Shown one piece after another: positions 47,716 through 57,711 of a stretch of 64,000 nucleotides of DNA. Numbering within the stretch: the stretch's first letter is position 1; the number at the start of each line of letters is the position of its first letter. Below the pieces are notes generated by a model. The model ran no database searches. It worked only from the letters and a program-made list of their open reading frames with translations, and had not been told where the DNA came from. Location of the stretch: assembly GCA_964347045.1 (NCBI GenBank), contig CAYFXC010000001.1, positions 160,001 through 224,000 of the forward strand, given 5' to 3'. A program made the position numbers and the translations under genes. The DNA is from an uncultured archaeon. GTDB lineage: Archaea; Asgardarchaeota; Hermodarchaeia; Hermodarchaeales; Hermodarchaeaceae.

Positions 47716-49963
47716 CATTAGGTGGGAACAAGCTATAAGACAGATCGCTCGGTTACCGCTTGAAAAATCAATTAAGACCTATTTCAAAGAGAAAGGCATT
47801 ACAACATTATATCCTCCTCAAGAAGCGGCTCTTAAAACCGGTGTCCTTGATGGAAAAAATGTGGTGTTAGCGATTCCGACCGCTTCTGGGAAAACGCTCA
47901 TTGCTGAGTTATGTATGTTGAAAGCAATCGTTGAACGAGGAGGAAAGGCCTTGTACCTTTGTCCACTCCGTGCACTAGCTTCGGAGAAGTTTGATGAGTT
48001 TCGTCCTTACTCTGGGCTTGGGGTGAATGTGGGTATTACTACCGGGGATTATGATACAATTGAAGAAAAATTCGGTGCTTATGATCTTCTCATCTGTACA
48101 AATGAACGCGCCGACTCGCTACTGCGGCATCGCGCAAAATGGATGTCAGACATCGCCATTGTTATTGCTGATGAGGTTCATCTAATTAACGATCCAAGTC
48201 GAGGTCCTACACTTGAAGTGGTACTCGCTAGATTACGGCAAATTGCCCCCAACGCCCAAATTCTTGCGCTTAGTGCGACTGTAGATAACGCTGATGAACT
48301 TGCTGAATGGCTTAAAGGTCAAGCCGTGGTTAGCGACTGGCGTCCCGTTTCTCTACGTGAAGGTGTTTACTATGAGGGCAGTGTTTTTTTTGCTGAAGGT
48401 GACGAAGAAAGCTATACACCAGCAACCTCGTTTCCCATCGGTGATATCACTCGGCGAGTTCTCAAAAAGAAAGGCCAACTCCTCGCGTTTCTAAATACAC
48501 GGCGGTCCGCAGTTCGAACCGCCCAAAAACTCATTTCAGTAACCGCACCACGCTTGAAACAACGTGAACAAAAACAGTTAGGAGACTTGGCTGAACGATT
48601 GCTCCAACTGGGAGAAGTCACCCAGGTTACAGATACACTTGCCCGACTTCTCCGAGCCGGAGTGGCGTTTCATCATGCAGGGCTACGTTATTCCGAACGC
48701 AAACTTATCGAAGAAGCATTTCGCAACAATCTAATCAAAGTAGTATGCGCCACTCCAACCTTAGCCAGTGGTGTCAATCTTCCAGCCCGTGTTGTGATTA
48801 TCAGGGAATATCGGCGATATGATAGACTTGAGGGCTATCAACCAATTCCTGTGTTGGAATACAAACAAATGGCTGGGCGTGCTGGCAGACCAAAATACGA
48901 TACAACGGGGACAGCCATTCTAATTTCTCGAAATGAGGGCGAACGCGATTTTCTCCTAGATTACTATACTCTCGGAACTCCTGAAAGTATCATTTCAAAA
49001 CTGGCTACTGAATCTGCACTCCGAAGTCATGTGCTTTCAACGATTGCCATGAATTATGCCTCAGATAAAGCTGGTATCATGGAGTTCATCAGGCAAACCT
49101 TCTTTGGGCATCAACGCGACCCCGATGAAGTCGAATATATGATTGATTTAATTGTGGATTTCCTCAAAGACGAAACTCTCCTTGAGCAACAAGGAAGGCG
49201 ATTATTTGCCACTTCCTTTGGAAGGCGAGTATCCCAGCTTTACATTGATCCAAAATCTGCGGTTGTAATTCGCGATGGCCTTGCAAGAGCAATCAAACAA
49301 TTTGAGCACACCACAGACGTTTCTTTCCTACACCTAATCTGTCATACGCCTGATATGGCAAACCTCTATCTTCGGCGTGGAGACGATGAGCGGTATCATG
49401 ATTACGTCATCGAGCACATCGATGAATTTCTCACACCCATTCCTGATCCACGGTATCATCGAGAGCGATATGAGTTCTTTTTAGCGGAAGTGAAAACCGC
49501 GCTTATGGTAAAAGCTTGGATCGAAGAACTCCCAGAAGATCAAATTGTGAATCAGTTTAAAATTGGGTCTGGTGACCTTCTTCGATTAGTAGATACGCAA
49601 AAGTGGTTGATATATGCATGTCATGAACTCGCACCCATTTTTGGGTATCGGAAAATTGTTCCGGATCTTGAAGAATTGGAACTCCGTGTAAGGTATGGTG
49701 TAAGGCGGGAACTCACCGAGTTGGTTGAACTTCAGGGCATTGGCCGTGTCCGTGCCCGGTATCTCTTTCGTACTGGTTTTGTTTCAAAGAACCGAATACG
49801 CGATGCACCTTTAGACCAACTAGCGGCGGTTCCTACGATTGGGGCCCAAATTGCCATGTCTATTAAACAACAATGTGGTGGGGCTATCAATCCAGAAGAA
49901 GAACAAGCGTTAAAGGACACACGGCGGCAAACTACAAGACAAACCCAATTAACACTAGATTAG
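47708..49963 (+). CDS. hel308: Hel308/Hjm Ski2-like helicase
   Basis: LYPPQ, PTASGKT, DEVH, LSAT, FHHAGL, TPTLASGVNLPA, QMAGRAGRP, GIGRVRAR. Confidence 0.95.
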   Translation: MPNIRWEQAIRQIARLPLEKSIKTYFKEKGITTLYPPQEAALKTGVLDGKNVVLAIPTASGKTLIAELCMLKAIVERGGKALYLCPLRALASEKFDEFRPYSGLGVNVGITTGDYDTIEEKFGAYDLLICTNERADSLLRHRAKWMSDIAIVIADEVHLINDPSRGPTLEVVLARLRQIAPNAQILALSATVDNADELAEWLKGQAVVSDWRPVSLREGVYYEGSVFFAEGDEESYTPATSFPIGDITRRVLKKKGQLLAFLNTRRSAVRTAQKLISVTAPRLKQREQKQLGDLAERLLQLGEVTQVTDTLARLLRAGVAFHHAGLRYSERKLIEEAFRNNLIKVVCATPTLASGVNLPARVVIIREYRRYDRLEGYQPIPVLEYKQMAGRAGRPKYDTTGTAILISRNEGERDFLLDYYTLGTPESIISKLATESALRSHVLSTIAMNYASDKAGIMEFIRQTFFGHQRDPDEVEYMIDLIVDFLKDETLLEQQGRRLFATSFGRRVSQLYIDPKSAVVIRDGLARAIKQFEHTTDVSFLHLICHTPDMANLYLRRGDDERYHDYVIEHIDEFLTPIPDPRYHRERYEFFLAEVKTALMVKAWIEELPEDQIVNQFKIGSGDLLRLVDTQKWLIYACHELAPIFGYRKIVPDLEELELRVRYGVRRELTELVELQGIGRVRARYLFRTGFVSKNRIRDAPLDQLAAVPTIGAQIAMSIKQQCGGAINPEEEQALKDTRRQTTRQTQLTLD

Positions 49964-49992
49964 CACGCCAAAGTAATTGTGAGGTTGCCATT

Positions 49993-51057
49993 TTGCCAAC
50001 TGGTCTATTTTATCATACTGCCTTCCTTAAGCATGAAATGGGATTTAGCCATCCTGAACGCCCAGAACGCCTGACGGCCGTTATGAAATTCTTAGAAGAA
50101 AACCAAGCGTTCAAGAATGGACATATTGTATTACAAAAACCCTCTGCGGTCAACCTCGCTGATTTAGAACGAGTTCATCCGAAAGATTACATTGATTTTA
50201 TTCATAACGCGTCAGATCGGGAGGCTCGAATAGACGCGGACACTCGGACATCCAAAGGCTCCTACAATGCTGCGATTTTAGCCGCAGGAACGGGCATTAA
50301 AGCTTGGGAAGAGATACAAACAGGTACTATCAATAATGCATTCGCCCTCGTGCGTCCTCCTGGGCATCATGCAAATGAACAATCTGCTCGTGGATTTTGT
50401 TTATTCAACAACGTTTCCGTACTTGCCCGCTATATCACAGCAACTGTTTCCGACAGTCGTGTACTAATTCTTGACATAGATGCCCACCACGGAAATGGTA
50501 CCCAAGAGATTCACTATGCAGACTCTGACATCCTGTATCTTGGGCTTCATCAAGATGGACGTACTTTGTATCCTGGATATTCTGGGTACATAGATGAACT
50601 TGGAGAAGGGAGGGGAAAAGGCTTTAATGTAAATCTTCCATTGCCGCCAGGAACAGCCGATCATTCATTTTTACAAGGCTTATCTATGCTTTTTCCTCCG
50701 ATAGTTGAACAATTCCAACCCACTGCAATTCTTGTCTCTGCAGGATACGATGCACACTTCCGTGACTATCTCACTAACCTTCAATTCAGTGCCGATGCTT
50801 ATCTCAAATCTGCGCAATTAGTCATGGAAACTGCTGAGAAACACTGCCAGGGCCGGGTGATTATGTTCTTAGAAGGCGGTTATGATTTACAAGCCCTAGC
50901 CGAATCAATATACAACACATTGATCGCAATGAGTGGTCAGGGAGCCCCGATTCAAGAAAAAGCTCCCTCCGAGGATTCTCGTATCTCCAAATATATGCAC
51001 ACCCTCCTCAAAGAAATCAAGACGCTTCTTAAACCGTGGTGGAAAATTCCTGAATAA
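49993..51057 (+). CDS. Histone deacetylase-family amidohydrolase
   Basis: HPERPERL, RPPGHHA, GFCLFNN, DIDAHHGNGTQ, SAGYDAH, LEGGY. Start refined to TTG 49993. Confidence 0.93.
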   Translation: MPTGLFYHTAFLKHEMGFSHPERPERLTAVMKFLEENQAFKNGHIVLQKPSAVNLADLERVHPKDYIDFIHNASDREARIDADTRTSKGSYNAAILAAGTGIKAWEEIQTGTINNAFALVRPPGHHANEQSARGFCLFNNVSVLARYITATVSDSRVLILDIDAHHGNGTQEIHYADSDILYLGLHQDGRTLYPGYSGYIDELGEGRGKGFNVNLPLPPGTADHSFLQGLSMLFPPIVEQFQPTAILVSAGYDAHFRDYLTNLQFSADAYLKSAQLVMETAEKHCQGRVIMFLEGGYDLQALAESIYNTLIAMSGQGAPIQEKAPSEDSRISKYMHTLLKEIKTLLKPWWKIPE

Positions 51058-51075
51058 AATACTATTCGGAGTTAG

Positions 51076-51210
51076 TGGTGGGCCGGCCGCGATTTGAACG
51101 CGGGATCACCTGAAAGGGGATTACTACAAAAAATAGTAACCGCGCCCCAGGCAGGCATCATACCAATCTAGCCATAGGCAGTTGCCGGTCGGGATCTAGA
51201 CCACCGGCCC
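51076..51210 (-). tRNA. tRNA-Pro(GGG) with two non-canonical introns (D-loop 51166-51193; 39/40 at 51113-51142), CCA encoded
   Basis: Spliced product GGGCCGG-TG-GTCT-AGATTGGTA-TGAT-G-CCTGC-CT-GGG-GC-GCAGG-TGATC-CCGCG-TTCAAAT-CGCGG-CCGGCCC-A-CCA; BHB-type structures at both introns. Confidence 0.9.
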
Positions 51211-51318
51211 ACAGGCTTGTCTTAAGAATCTACAAGTCCTTTTAATGTCTTTTCTTGGAAGGTGATTTCATTACAAGCTAGAAATTAACTTTAACTCAAA
51301 AATTTACAATCCGAATTA

Positions 51319-52326
51319 CTATTGGCTTTTGACGTGTTTATTCTCAAGATATCCATTTTCATAATACCAGTGAATCGATTGGCTCAAACCGTCCTGCATG
51401 GTAGTTTTGGGAATCCAACCCAGTAGTTTTTTGGCTTTTGCATTTGAATATGAACGTTCTTCATCCATACTTTGAACAGTTTGCATATGCCACAAGAACG
51501 TCGTTTTTCCACGATTTTTGAAAGGACTTAATATTCCTATTCCAAATTTTGCTAGAGCAGTGGGAACTTTTCTGTGAGGGGGTTCCACGCCAAGTTTGGC
51601 TCCTAGGAAGTTGAATAACTCATTATAGGTCATGCCTTCATCGGGACAAAGAATTATTATTTGGTTTTTTGCAGCTTTAGATTCAATAGCCGCTAGTATT
51701 CCACTAATCACATCTTCGACATACGTGTACATGATGGTTTTTTGGCCATCACCAGGAAGCATTGGAATTTTTTGTTCATTAACCGCTTCAATGGTTTCAA
51801 AAACGGTGTAAAGTTCACCTTCTCCTATTACACCAGTTGGACGAAGAATAACATATTCAAGTGTAGTTCCAACTGAAGCGGCCCTTACAATTTCTTCTGC
51901 TTTCACCTTACTTTTCGAATATTCAAATTGTGGGCGAAGGGGTGAATCCTCGGTTCCAGGAGGATTTTCAACGGGTCCAATCACTTCTGTTGTAGATATG
52001 TAGATGAATCGATTAACAGCTGCTCTTACACACGCATTAACCAAATTTTGTGTTCCTTCAACATTCACTCTGTAAAGGAGCTTCTTGTCTTTAGGGTAGA
52101 AATTAAAATACGCGGCCAGATGAATAACAACATCAATGTCTTGGACCGCGGTTTCTAATGAAAAATTATCAGTCATATCTCCATCGATAAGCCGGAGTTT
52201 TTTGGGCAGGCTTTTTACGTCACTAGTTTTTCTGACTAGAGCTGTTACATCATGTTTCTCTTTGATTAATCTTGTCACGAGTTTCCGTCCGATAAATCCT
52301 GTTGCACCTGTGACAAGAATCTTCAT
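51319..52326 (-). CDS. NAD-dependent epimerase/dehydratase (extended SDR)
   Basis: VTGATGFIG, HLAA, NVEGT, YSKSK. Confidence 0.92.
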   Translation of the reverse strand: MKILVTGATGFIGRKLVTRLIKEKHDVTALVRKTSDVKSLPKKLRLIDGDMTDNFSLETAVQDIDVVIHLAAYFNFYPKDKKLLYRVNVEGTQNLVNACVRAAVNRFIYISTTEVIGPVENPPGTEDSPLRPQFEYSKSKVKAEEIVRAASVGTTLEYVILRPTGVIGEGELYTVFETIEAVNEQKIPMLPGDGQKTIMYTYVEDVISGILAAIESKAAKNQIIILCPDEGMTYNELFNFLGAKLGVEPPHRKVPTALAKFGIGILSPFKNRGKTTFLWHMQTVQSMDEERSYSNAKAKKLLGWIPKTTMQDGLSQSIHWYYENGYLENKHVKSQ

Positions 52327-52356
52327 TGACCTTACCGTTACATATTCGTAACTAAC

Positions 52357-52923
52357 TTATTTTTCATCAAAAGTCTTCACAGTTAAATCCTCATAGATCG
52401 GTCCCTTGGGGGTTAGCGTACTTTTCTTTAGCTTTATGTCTTTGACTTGGAATTTTCCAAATTCCATATTAGCATTCTGTTGAACCAATTTTATAAGATG
52501 ATCTCGATTCAAACCGCTTCGCACTCTCACTACAGTTAAATGTGGCGAATACTTGCGCTTCTCTGCTGGAAATCCTTGTAATCGAAGTTCTCGACCAAGA
52601 AATTTCTGATGTTGAATAAGTTGTTCTGCACCAGTTTTACACCCAATCCAAATTACCCGCGGTCTTTGTGGACGAAAGCAACCCAAACCTACGAGTTCAA
52701 CATCAAACTCAGTTCCCTTAACCTTTTGAAGAATGCCAGCTAATTCTGGTATTCGTTTTTCCTCAATATTTCCGAGAAAATGAAGTGTAAAATGCAGATT
52801 CTGTGGTTCGACAAGTTTCAGTTTTGCTCCACTTGATAGGAGGTCTTGCTGAATTTTTTGAATCTGTCGTATTACTTCTGAATCATTAACTTCTACTGCA
52901 ATAAAACTCCGAATCTCAGTCAT
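52357..52923 (-). CDS. thpR: RNA 2',3'-cyclic phosphodiesterase (LigT/2H family)
   Basis: RSFIAV, HFTL.FLG, PRVIW, PHLT, S.LTP.GPIY. Confidence 0.93.
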   Translation of the reverse strand: MTEIRSFIAVEVNDSEVIRQIQKIQQDLLSSGAKLKLVEPQNLHFTLHFLGNIEEKRIPELAGILQKVKGTEFDVELVGLGCFRPQRPRVIWIGCKTGAEQLIQHQKFLGRELRLQGFPAEKRKYSPHLTVVRVRSGLNRDHLIKLVQQNANMEFGKFQVKDIKLKKSTLTPKGPIYEDLTVKTFDEK

Positions 52924-53023
52924 CTTACATCAACACTTTGTTTTATCGATAAATCAGCAGGAAACTTTATATCATTCTCCATTACCAAAGGCGAACAGCT
53001 CGCTTCTGGGAGGCATTGATTGG

Positions 53024-54142
53024 TTGAAGACAAAAAAATCATCTCGTTCACGAAAACCGCATACTGAAATTTCACGAACACCTGATGACAGGCTGACCCA
53101 ACAAATCATTCCCGCCAAAGAAGTTGTTTTACGCCCTGCAGGTTATCCCCTTGAAGTTAATAGTGCTCCGGTAAATCCTTTACTTCGTATTCGGGATGAA
53201 AAGCTCTTTACCGCATATGCTGTTGACCAATGGCAAGGAATCCGAGTAAAACCAACTGATTATTTATTTGATCAACTGCTCCTCCCTGATTTTGCCTTTG
53301 AAGTCGTTTCAGTTATTCCAACAGAAGCCCATATCGTTTCTGATACTAAGATTCGGCTTATTGAACCCCCTGAAGTATTCCCGACAAAGGGTCGTAAAAT
53401 TAGTTTTAATGACGTTATTGGTCATGAAGAGGCAAAGGCAAAATGCCTTATTATTCAAAAATATATTGCTGACCCTTCTCGGTTCGCAGAATGGGCACCT
53501 CGACGAGTACTTTTCTATGGGCCTCCTGGTACAGGTAAAACAATGTTGGCCCGCGCGCTTGCTTGGGAGACGGAAACTGAATTTGCATATGTGAAGGCAA
53601 CTTCACTAATTGGACAACATGTTGGCGCAGGAGCTGACAAGGTCAATAAGTTCTTTGAAGACATTGTTCGGAAGAAACCATGTATTGTGTTCATTGATGA
53701 GATTGACTCAATCGGGCTCGATCGTGGTTTCCAATCGGTCCGTGGTGATGTCACAGAAGTTGTGAATTCTCTCATCTCCCAGTTTGATTTAATTGAAGAT
53801 CAAGAGGCCGTTGTTGTAATTGCAGCAACGAATAGTAGGGATTTCTTAGACCCTGCCCTACGAAGCCGATTCGAGGAAGAAATTATTTTTCCTCTACCCA
53901 ATTTTAGTGACAGACTGAAAATTCTAAAGAAATATTCATCAAGTTTACCAATGCGTGTTGATGCAGATTTGGACTCTATTGCTCGACGTACAGAAGGCTA
54001 TTCAGGGCGAGATTTGAAAGATCGTGTCTTGAAAGGAGCACTTCATCATGCCCTTTCAAAGGGGCTTTCGACTATCGATGAATCTACATTCCAACATGTA
54101 GAAATCCTTCACGACTCCAAGGATAAGCGCTTGTATAAGTAA
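53024..54142 (+). CDS. Archaeal AAA+ ATPase (COG1223-like)
   Basis: P.GYP, YA.DQW.G, DVIGHEEAK.KC, GPPGTGKT, FIDEID, RGDV.EVVN, LD.A.RSRFEEEI. Confidence 0.9.
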   Translation: MKTKKSSRSRKPHTEISRTPDDRLTQQIIPAKEVVLRPAGYPLEVNSAPVNPLLRIRDEKLFTAYAVDQWQGIRVKPTDYLFDQLLLPDFAFEVVSVIPTEAHIVSDTKIRLIEPPEVFPTKGRKISFNDVIGHEEAKAKCLIIQKYIADPSRFAEWAPRRVLFYGPPGTGKTMLARALAWETETEFAYVKATSLIGQHVGAGADKVNKFFEDIVRKKPCIVFIDEIDSIGLDRGFQSVRGDVTEVVNSLISQFDLIEDQEAVVVIAATNSRDFLDPALRSRFEEEIIFPLPNFSDRLKILKKYSSSLPMRVDADLDSIARRTEGYSGRDLKDRVLKGALHHALSKGLSTIDESTFQHVEILHDSKDKRLYK

Positions 54143-54158
54143 TCCTACATTTTGAATC

Positions 54159-54725
54159 GTGGTTATGTTGCCCGTGAAAAAAGCCGTAATTTTTTGTGGG
54201 ATGCCGGGTTCAGGGAAATCCGTCGGCGTTACCATAGCGAAAGATCTTGGAATTCCTGTCTTTGTGATGGGTGATGTGGTTCGTGAAGAAGTGACTTGTC
54301 GGCACCTTCCTCACAATCCTCAGACGCTCGGACAAGTCATGATTGAACTCCGCGAGCAGTTTGGACCAGCGGTTATTGCAGAACGAATTATTGAAAAATT
54401 CCTAGACATATCTGAATCAGATGTGATAATTGACGGAGCAAGAAGTGAAGCGGAAATCAAGGTGTTTCGAGAGACAATAAATCAAGTACTTGTCGTTGCG
54501 GTGCATGCTGCGCCACGCATTCGATTTGAACGCCTTCGTCAGCGTTGTCGTGAGGATGATGCAATAACTCAAACTACATTTCATGAAAGAGATATTCGCG
54601 AACTCGATGTCGGATTAGGTCGGATAATTGCTCAGGCAGATATAATGATTGTTAATGAAGGCGAATATGACGAACTCAAAGAAAATATACGCCAGGTTCT
54701 CACACAAATATTTGGTTTGGACTAA
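54159..54725 (+). CDS. Nucleotide kinase, dephospho-CoA kinase-like (UPF0200)
   Basis: GMPGSGKS, MGDVVRE, IDG.RS..E, RD.REL..GLG. Confidence 0.85.
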   Translation: MVMLPVKKAVIFCGMPGSGKSVGVTIAKDLGIPVFVMGDVVREEVTCRHLPHNPQTLGQVMIELREQFGPAVIAERIIEKFLDISESDVIIDGARSEAEIKVFRETINQVLVVAVHAAPRIRFERLRQRCREDDAITQTTFHERDIRELDVGLGRIIAQADIMIVNEGEYDELKENIRQVLTQIFGLD

Positions 54726-54745
54726 ATAACGGGGGGGCACTACTA

Positions 54746-55183
54746 ATTATCTCAGTTAGATTATGGGCGGACATTAAACCAACTGAGAATATCCAAAAAG
54801 TCAAGATGGCTTTTAAAAACCTGTGTCCACCAGTAGTTTTTGAGACCAAACAAGATCCTGAATTAGGGCTGGTTCTCATTGGAAAAGCCACTGGACCCGA
54901 ATCGATTGCAATGTTTGCAAAGAAGTTTCGTGAACAACGCATTCTTGAAGCTGTCAGACAACAACTACTCAAATCAATTCAAGACAATACAGTAAAATTT
55001 GGGATACAACGGCAAGCAGCCGTCGTGAATCGGTTTCATCTTTGTGACATCAGTGATTTTTCTGCGATGGGTCCAATACTGGTTGAAATTCAAGCAATCA
55101 ACATTCAAGATGTAATTGATTATGTAACCCCTCCAACTGTTAAAGGTAAACCTCAGGTGCGTAATAATCTCCAACTCAAATGA
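54746..55183 (+). CDS. UPF0201/DUF54 RNA-binding protein (probable ATT start; ORF track gives 54806)
   Basis: IKPTENIQKVK.AFKNL, REQRILEAVR, QAA, MGPI.V.I, P.T..GKP. Confidence 0.8.
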   Translation: MISVRLWADIKPTENIQKVKMAFKNLCPPVVFETKQDPELGLVLIGKATGPESIAMFAKKFREQRILEAVRQQLLKSIQDNTVKFGIQRQAAVVNRFHLCDISDFSAMGPILVEIQAINIQDVIDYVTPPTVKGKPQVRNNLQLK

Positions 55184-55196
55184 TGTTTTGGCTCCA

Positions 55197-56123
55197 TCAA
55201 TTTGAAGGCGTGAGTTCTATGCAATCTAAATCCTTGGGTGCGAAACTTTCAGGAAAGATTGACTTTGCCTCTTTTTCATGTTCTTCGCTGGACGAATATC
55301 GAGGGCTAATGTGAACTAATGCAAGATGAGTAGCTTTCGCTTCAGCAGCTATTTGAGCTGCCTGTGCTGCCGTAGAGTGTAGGTATTTGATCGCATTCTC
55401 CAGATGAGATGTAATAAATGTCGCATCATGAATCAATAAGCTGGCATTCTTAGCTGCCTTAGCTAAACTCTCGTTTGGCGCGGTATCTCCTGAAAACACA
55501 ATGATATGTCCTTTTCGCGTTGGTCCTAACACATCTTTAGGCGTGACAATCCTACCTTCACAAGTTTCGATTGATTGTCCTTGATACAGACGTTTGCGAA
55601 GGGGGCCTGAGGGAACTCCAAGTTGTTGGGCTTTTTTAACATTGAATTTACCCGGAATGTCTGCCATTTGCAAAACGTATGAAAGGGACGGAATATTGTG
55701 AAGAGCAGGCAGACATTTTACACGGTACTGCTCTTGATCTGAAATAATTCCTTTCTTCACGTCCTTAATTGATAATTCGAAATCAACATGTGTGTGAGTT
55801 AATTCCAAGGTGGTTTCGATAAATTTCTTCATACCTGCTGGTCCATTGATTGTTAGGGCGTTGGTTCGTTTGAGCAAAACCATCGTCGAAATAAGTCCTG
55901 GTAGTCCCCAAACGTGATCCCCATGGAGATGTGAGATGAATATTTCTCTAATCCGCTGTGGGCTGAGACCTACTCGTTGTAATTGTAGTTGAGTTCCCTC
56001 ACCACAATCGAAGAGCAAGAGTTTCCCCTGGAAATAAGTGGCGATTGCAGGTGGAGCTTGTGTTACTGAAGGAATACCTCCACCCACACCTAAGAAATGC
56101 ACTCTTACAGTTTTTTTAGTCAT
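55197..56123 (-). CDS. rnz: Ribonuclease Z (tRNase Z)
   Basis: LFDCGEGTQ, SHLHGDH..GLPG, GP exosite, SGDT, HDAT, HST, HISPRY. Confidence 0.95.
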   Translation of the reverse strand: MTKKTVRVHFLGVGGGIPSVTQAPPAIATYFQGKLLLFDCGEGTQLQLQRVGLSPQRIREIFISHLHGDHVWGLPGLISTMVLLKRTNALTINGPAGMKKFIETTLELTHTHVDFELSIKDVKKGIISDQEQYRVKCLPALHNIPSLSYVLQMADIPGKFNVKKAQQLGVPSGPLRKRLYQGQSIETCEGRIVTPKDVLGPTRKGHIIVFSGDTAPNESLAKAAKNASLLIHDATFITSHLENAIKYLHSTAAQAAQIAAEAKATHLALVHISPRYSSSEEHEKEAKSIFPESFAPKDLDCIELTPSN

Positions 56124-56124
56124 G

Positions 56125-57183
56125 TTATTTCCGCTCCAAAACAACAATGTGACGATAGAGACTTCGATGAATGCGCATGGTATGGGTCTCTTTGATAATG
56201 AACCTATCAGAAGGTATTAGGTTCTCCTTGTAATATTCTAACGGCAAGGCAAGACATAGATATCCTCCTGGTTTCAGAACTTTGGCAAACGATGTCAAGC
56301 TTGCTACAATCAGATTGACAATTGCAGTTCCTTTTGTCGAACTCGATCGCCCGTATGGTGGGTCGGTAGCGAGGGCGTCAAAACTTTCTTCTCGTATCGG
56401 TGGTTCCCGAGCGTCCGCCAAGCCTCCATAAAACGGTACTTCAAAATGAGCAAGATTTTGTTGACTTCCTGCAACCATGGAAACATCAATATCTAGCCCA
56501 ATTGGAATACACCCAATCTCGGCTGCCTCGAGAAGAAGACCTCCTGTTCCGCAAAAGGGATCGAGGAAATTGTTCCCAGGAGAAGCACGGCTTAGATTTA
56601 CCAGAACTCGCGCTATTTTAGGGTGGATAGCACTGGGAACAAAAAAGGGTCGGAAGGGGCTTCGTCGCTGTGAAAAACCTTTTCGACCACGTGAAGCTAG
56701 GTGTGGTCCAAAAAAGAACTGATTTCCGTTTATCACTCCAAAAAATAATACGTCAGGGGAAGTTAAGGAAATCTCGATTTCCCCATTCATTGCCTTCCAT
56801 ATTTCAGAACCAATTTTCCCTTGTAGTTCGTCCACATTGAATTCAGACGCTTCTCGTCTAATTCGTGTGACCTTTACACCGAATCGACTTTTAGGGCGAA
56901 TCAACTTGGTAAAATCCATCTTTTTGAGTGCTTGGAGAATCATAGTCTCTTCAGAAGTCGATTCGAACACCACAACACTTGCATGATTCACTAATCCTGC
57001 TCTTTGAACGGCAATTCGGGCCCCCTCCGAATCTACCTCCATCAATAGGATTCGTCTATCACGACTCTTAATTGAATACGAAAATCCCTCAGATTCTAAT
57101 ATTGCACAAAGTTCCGCCTGTGGTAGCGTTTCATGCTCACCTGACAAGATGAATAGACATAATTTTACCTCAGGCGGGGTCAC
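56125..57183 (-). CDS. THUMP-domain tRNA m2G10 methyltransferase (Trm11/TrmG10)
   Basis: LSGEH..LP.AE, RPFF.P....PKIAR.LVNL, DPFCGTGG, TDPPYG, H.SL.R.I. Confidence 0.9.
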   Translation of the reverse strand: MTPPEVKLCLFILSGEHETLPQAELCAILESEGFSYSIKSRDRRILLMEVDSEGARIAVQRAGLVNHASVVVFESTSEETMILQALKKMDFTKLIRPKSRFGVKVTRIRREASEFNVDELQGKIGSEIWKAMNGEIEISLTSPDVLFFGVINGNQFFFGPHLASRGRKGFSQRRSPFRPFFVPSAIHPKIARVLVNLSRASPGNNFLDPFCGTGGLLLEAAEIGCIPIGLDIDVSMVAGSQQNLAHFEVPFYGGLADAREPPIREESFDALATDPPYGRSSSTKGTAIVNLIVASLTSFAKVLKPGGYLCLALPLEYYKENLIPSDRFIIKETHTMRIHRSLYRHIVVLERK

Positions 57184-57638
57184 AATAGGTCCTCCAAATT
57201 TAGTACCATAATTATTGCATCTTCTCCATTCTCGTAGTATTTACGGCTTCGCTTTGTTTCTCGGAAATTGTGCTTTTGATAGAAGGCTTTCGCACTATGG
57301 TTCGAAACTCTTACCTCTAAAACTAATTCTCTACAATTATGCGCTCTAAGAACATCAATTAGCGCATGAAGTAGTTGCCGGCCAATTCCTCTACGGCGTT
57401 TTTTTCTTCTGACTGCGAGGGAAAGTAATTGGCCCCTATTGAATCCAGCTCTATGATTAATTTCTCCAACGATATATCCAAGAAGGACAGTGTTTTCAAC
57501 TGCAACTAAGAACAAAGCTGGCGCATAATCCGCTAGGTATTGAAAAAGATGGAGTGGGTAAGGGTCAGAAAAGGATTCGAACTCAATTTGCGCAATTTGC
57601 AATAAATCGGTTTTTTTAATTGGGCGAATTGATATCAT
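57180..57638 (-). CDS. RimI/Ard1-type protein N-acetyltransferase
   Basis: IE..SF..PY, LAV....RRRGIG, LEVRVSN, YYENGEDA. Confidence 0.92.
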   Translation of the reverse strand: MISIRPIKKTDLLQIAQIEFESFSDPYPLHLFQYLADYAPALFLVAVENTVLLGYIVGEINHRAGFNRGQLLSLAVRRKKRRRGIGRQLLHALIDVLRAHNCRELVLEVRVSNHSAKAFYQKHNFRETKRSRKYYENGEDAIIMVLNLEDLL

Positions 57639-57711
57639 TACAAGAATTCCTTGCAGTGGATTGAAATATGTGTGAGGTTCTGGGTCTTATGAAGTGCTGA
57701 GGCGACTGTTC

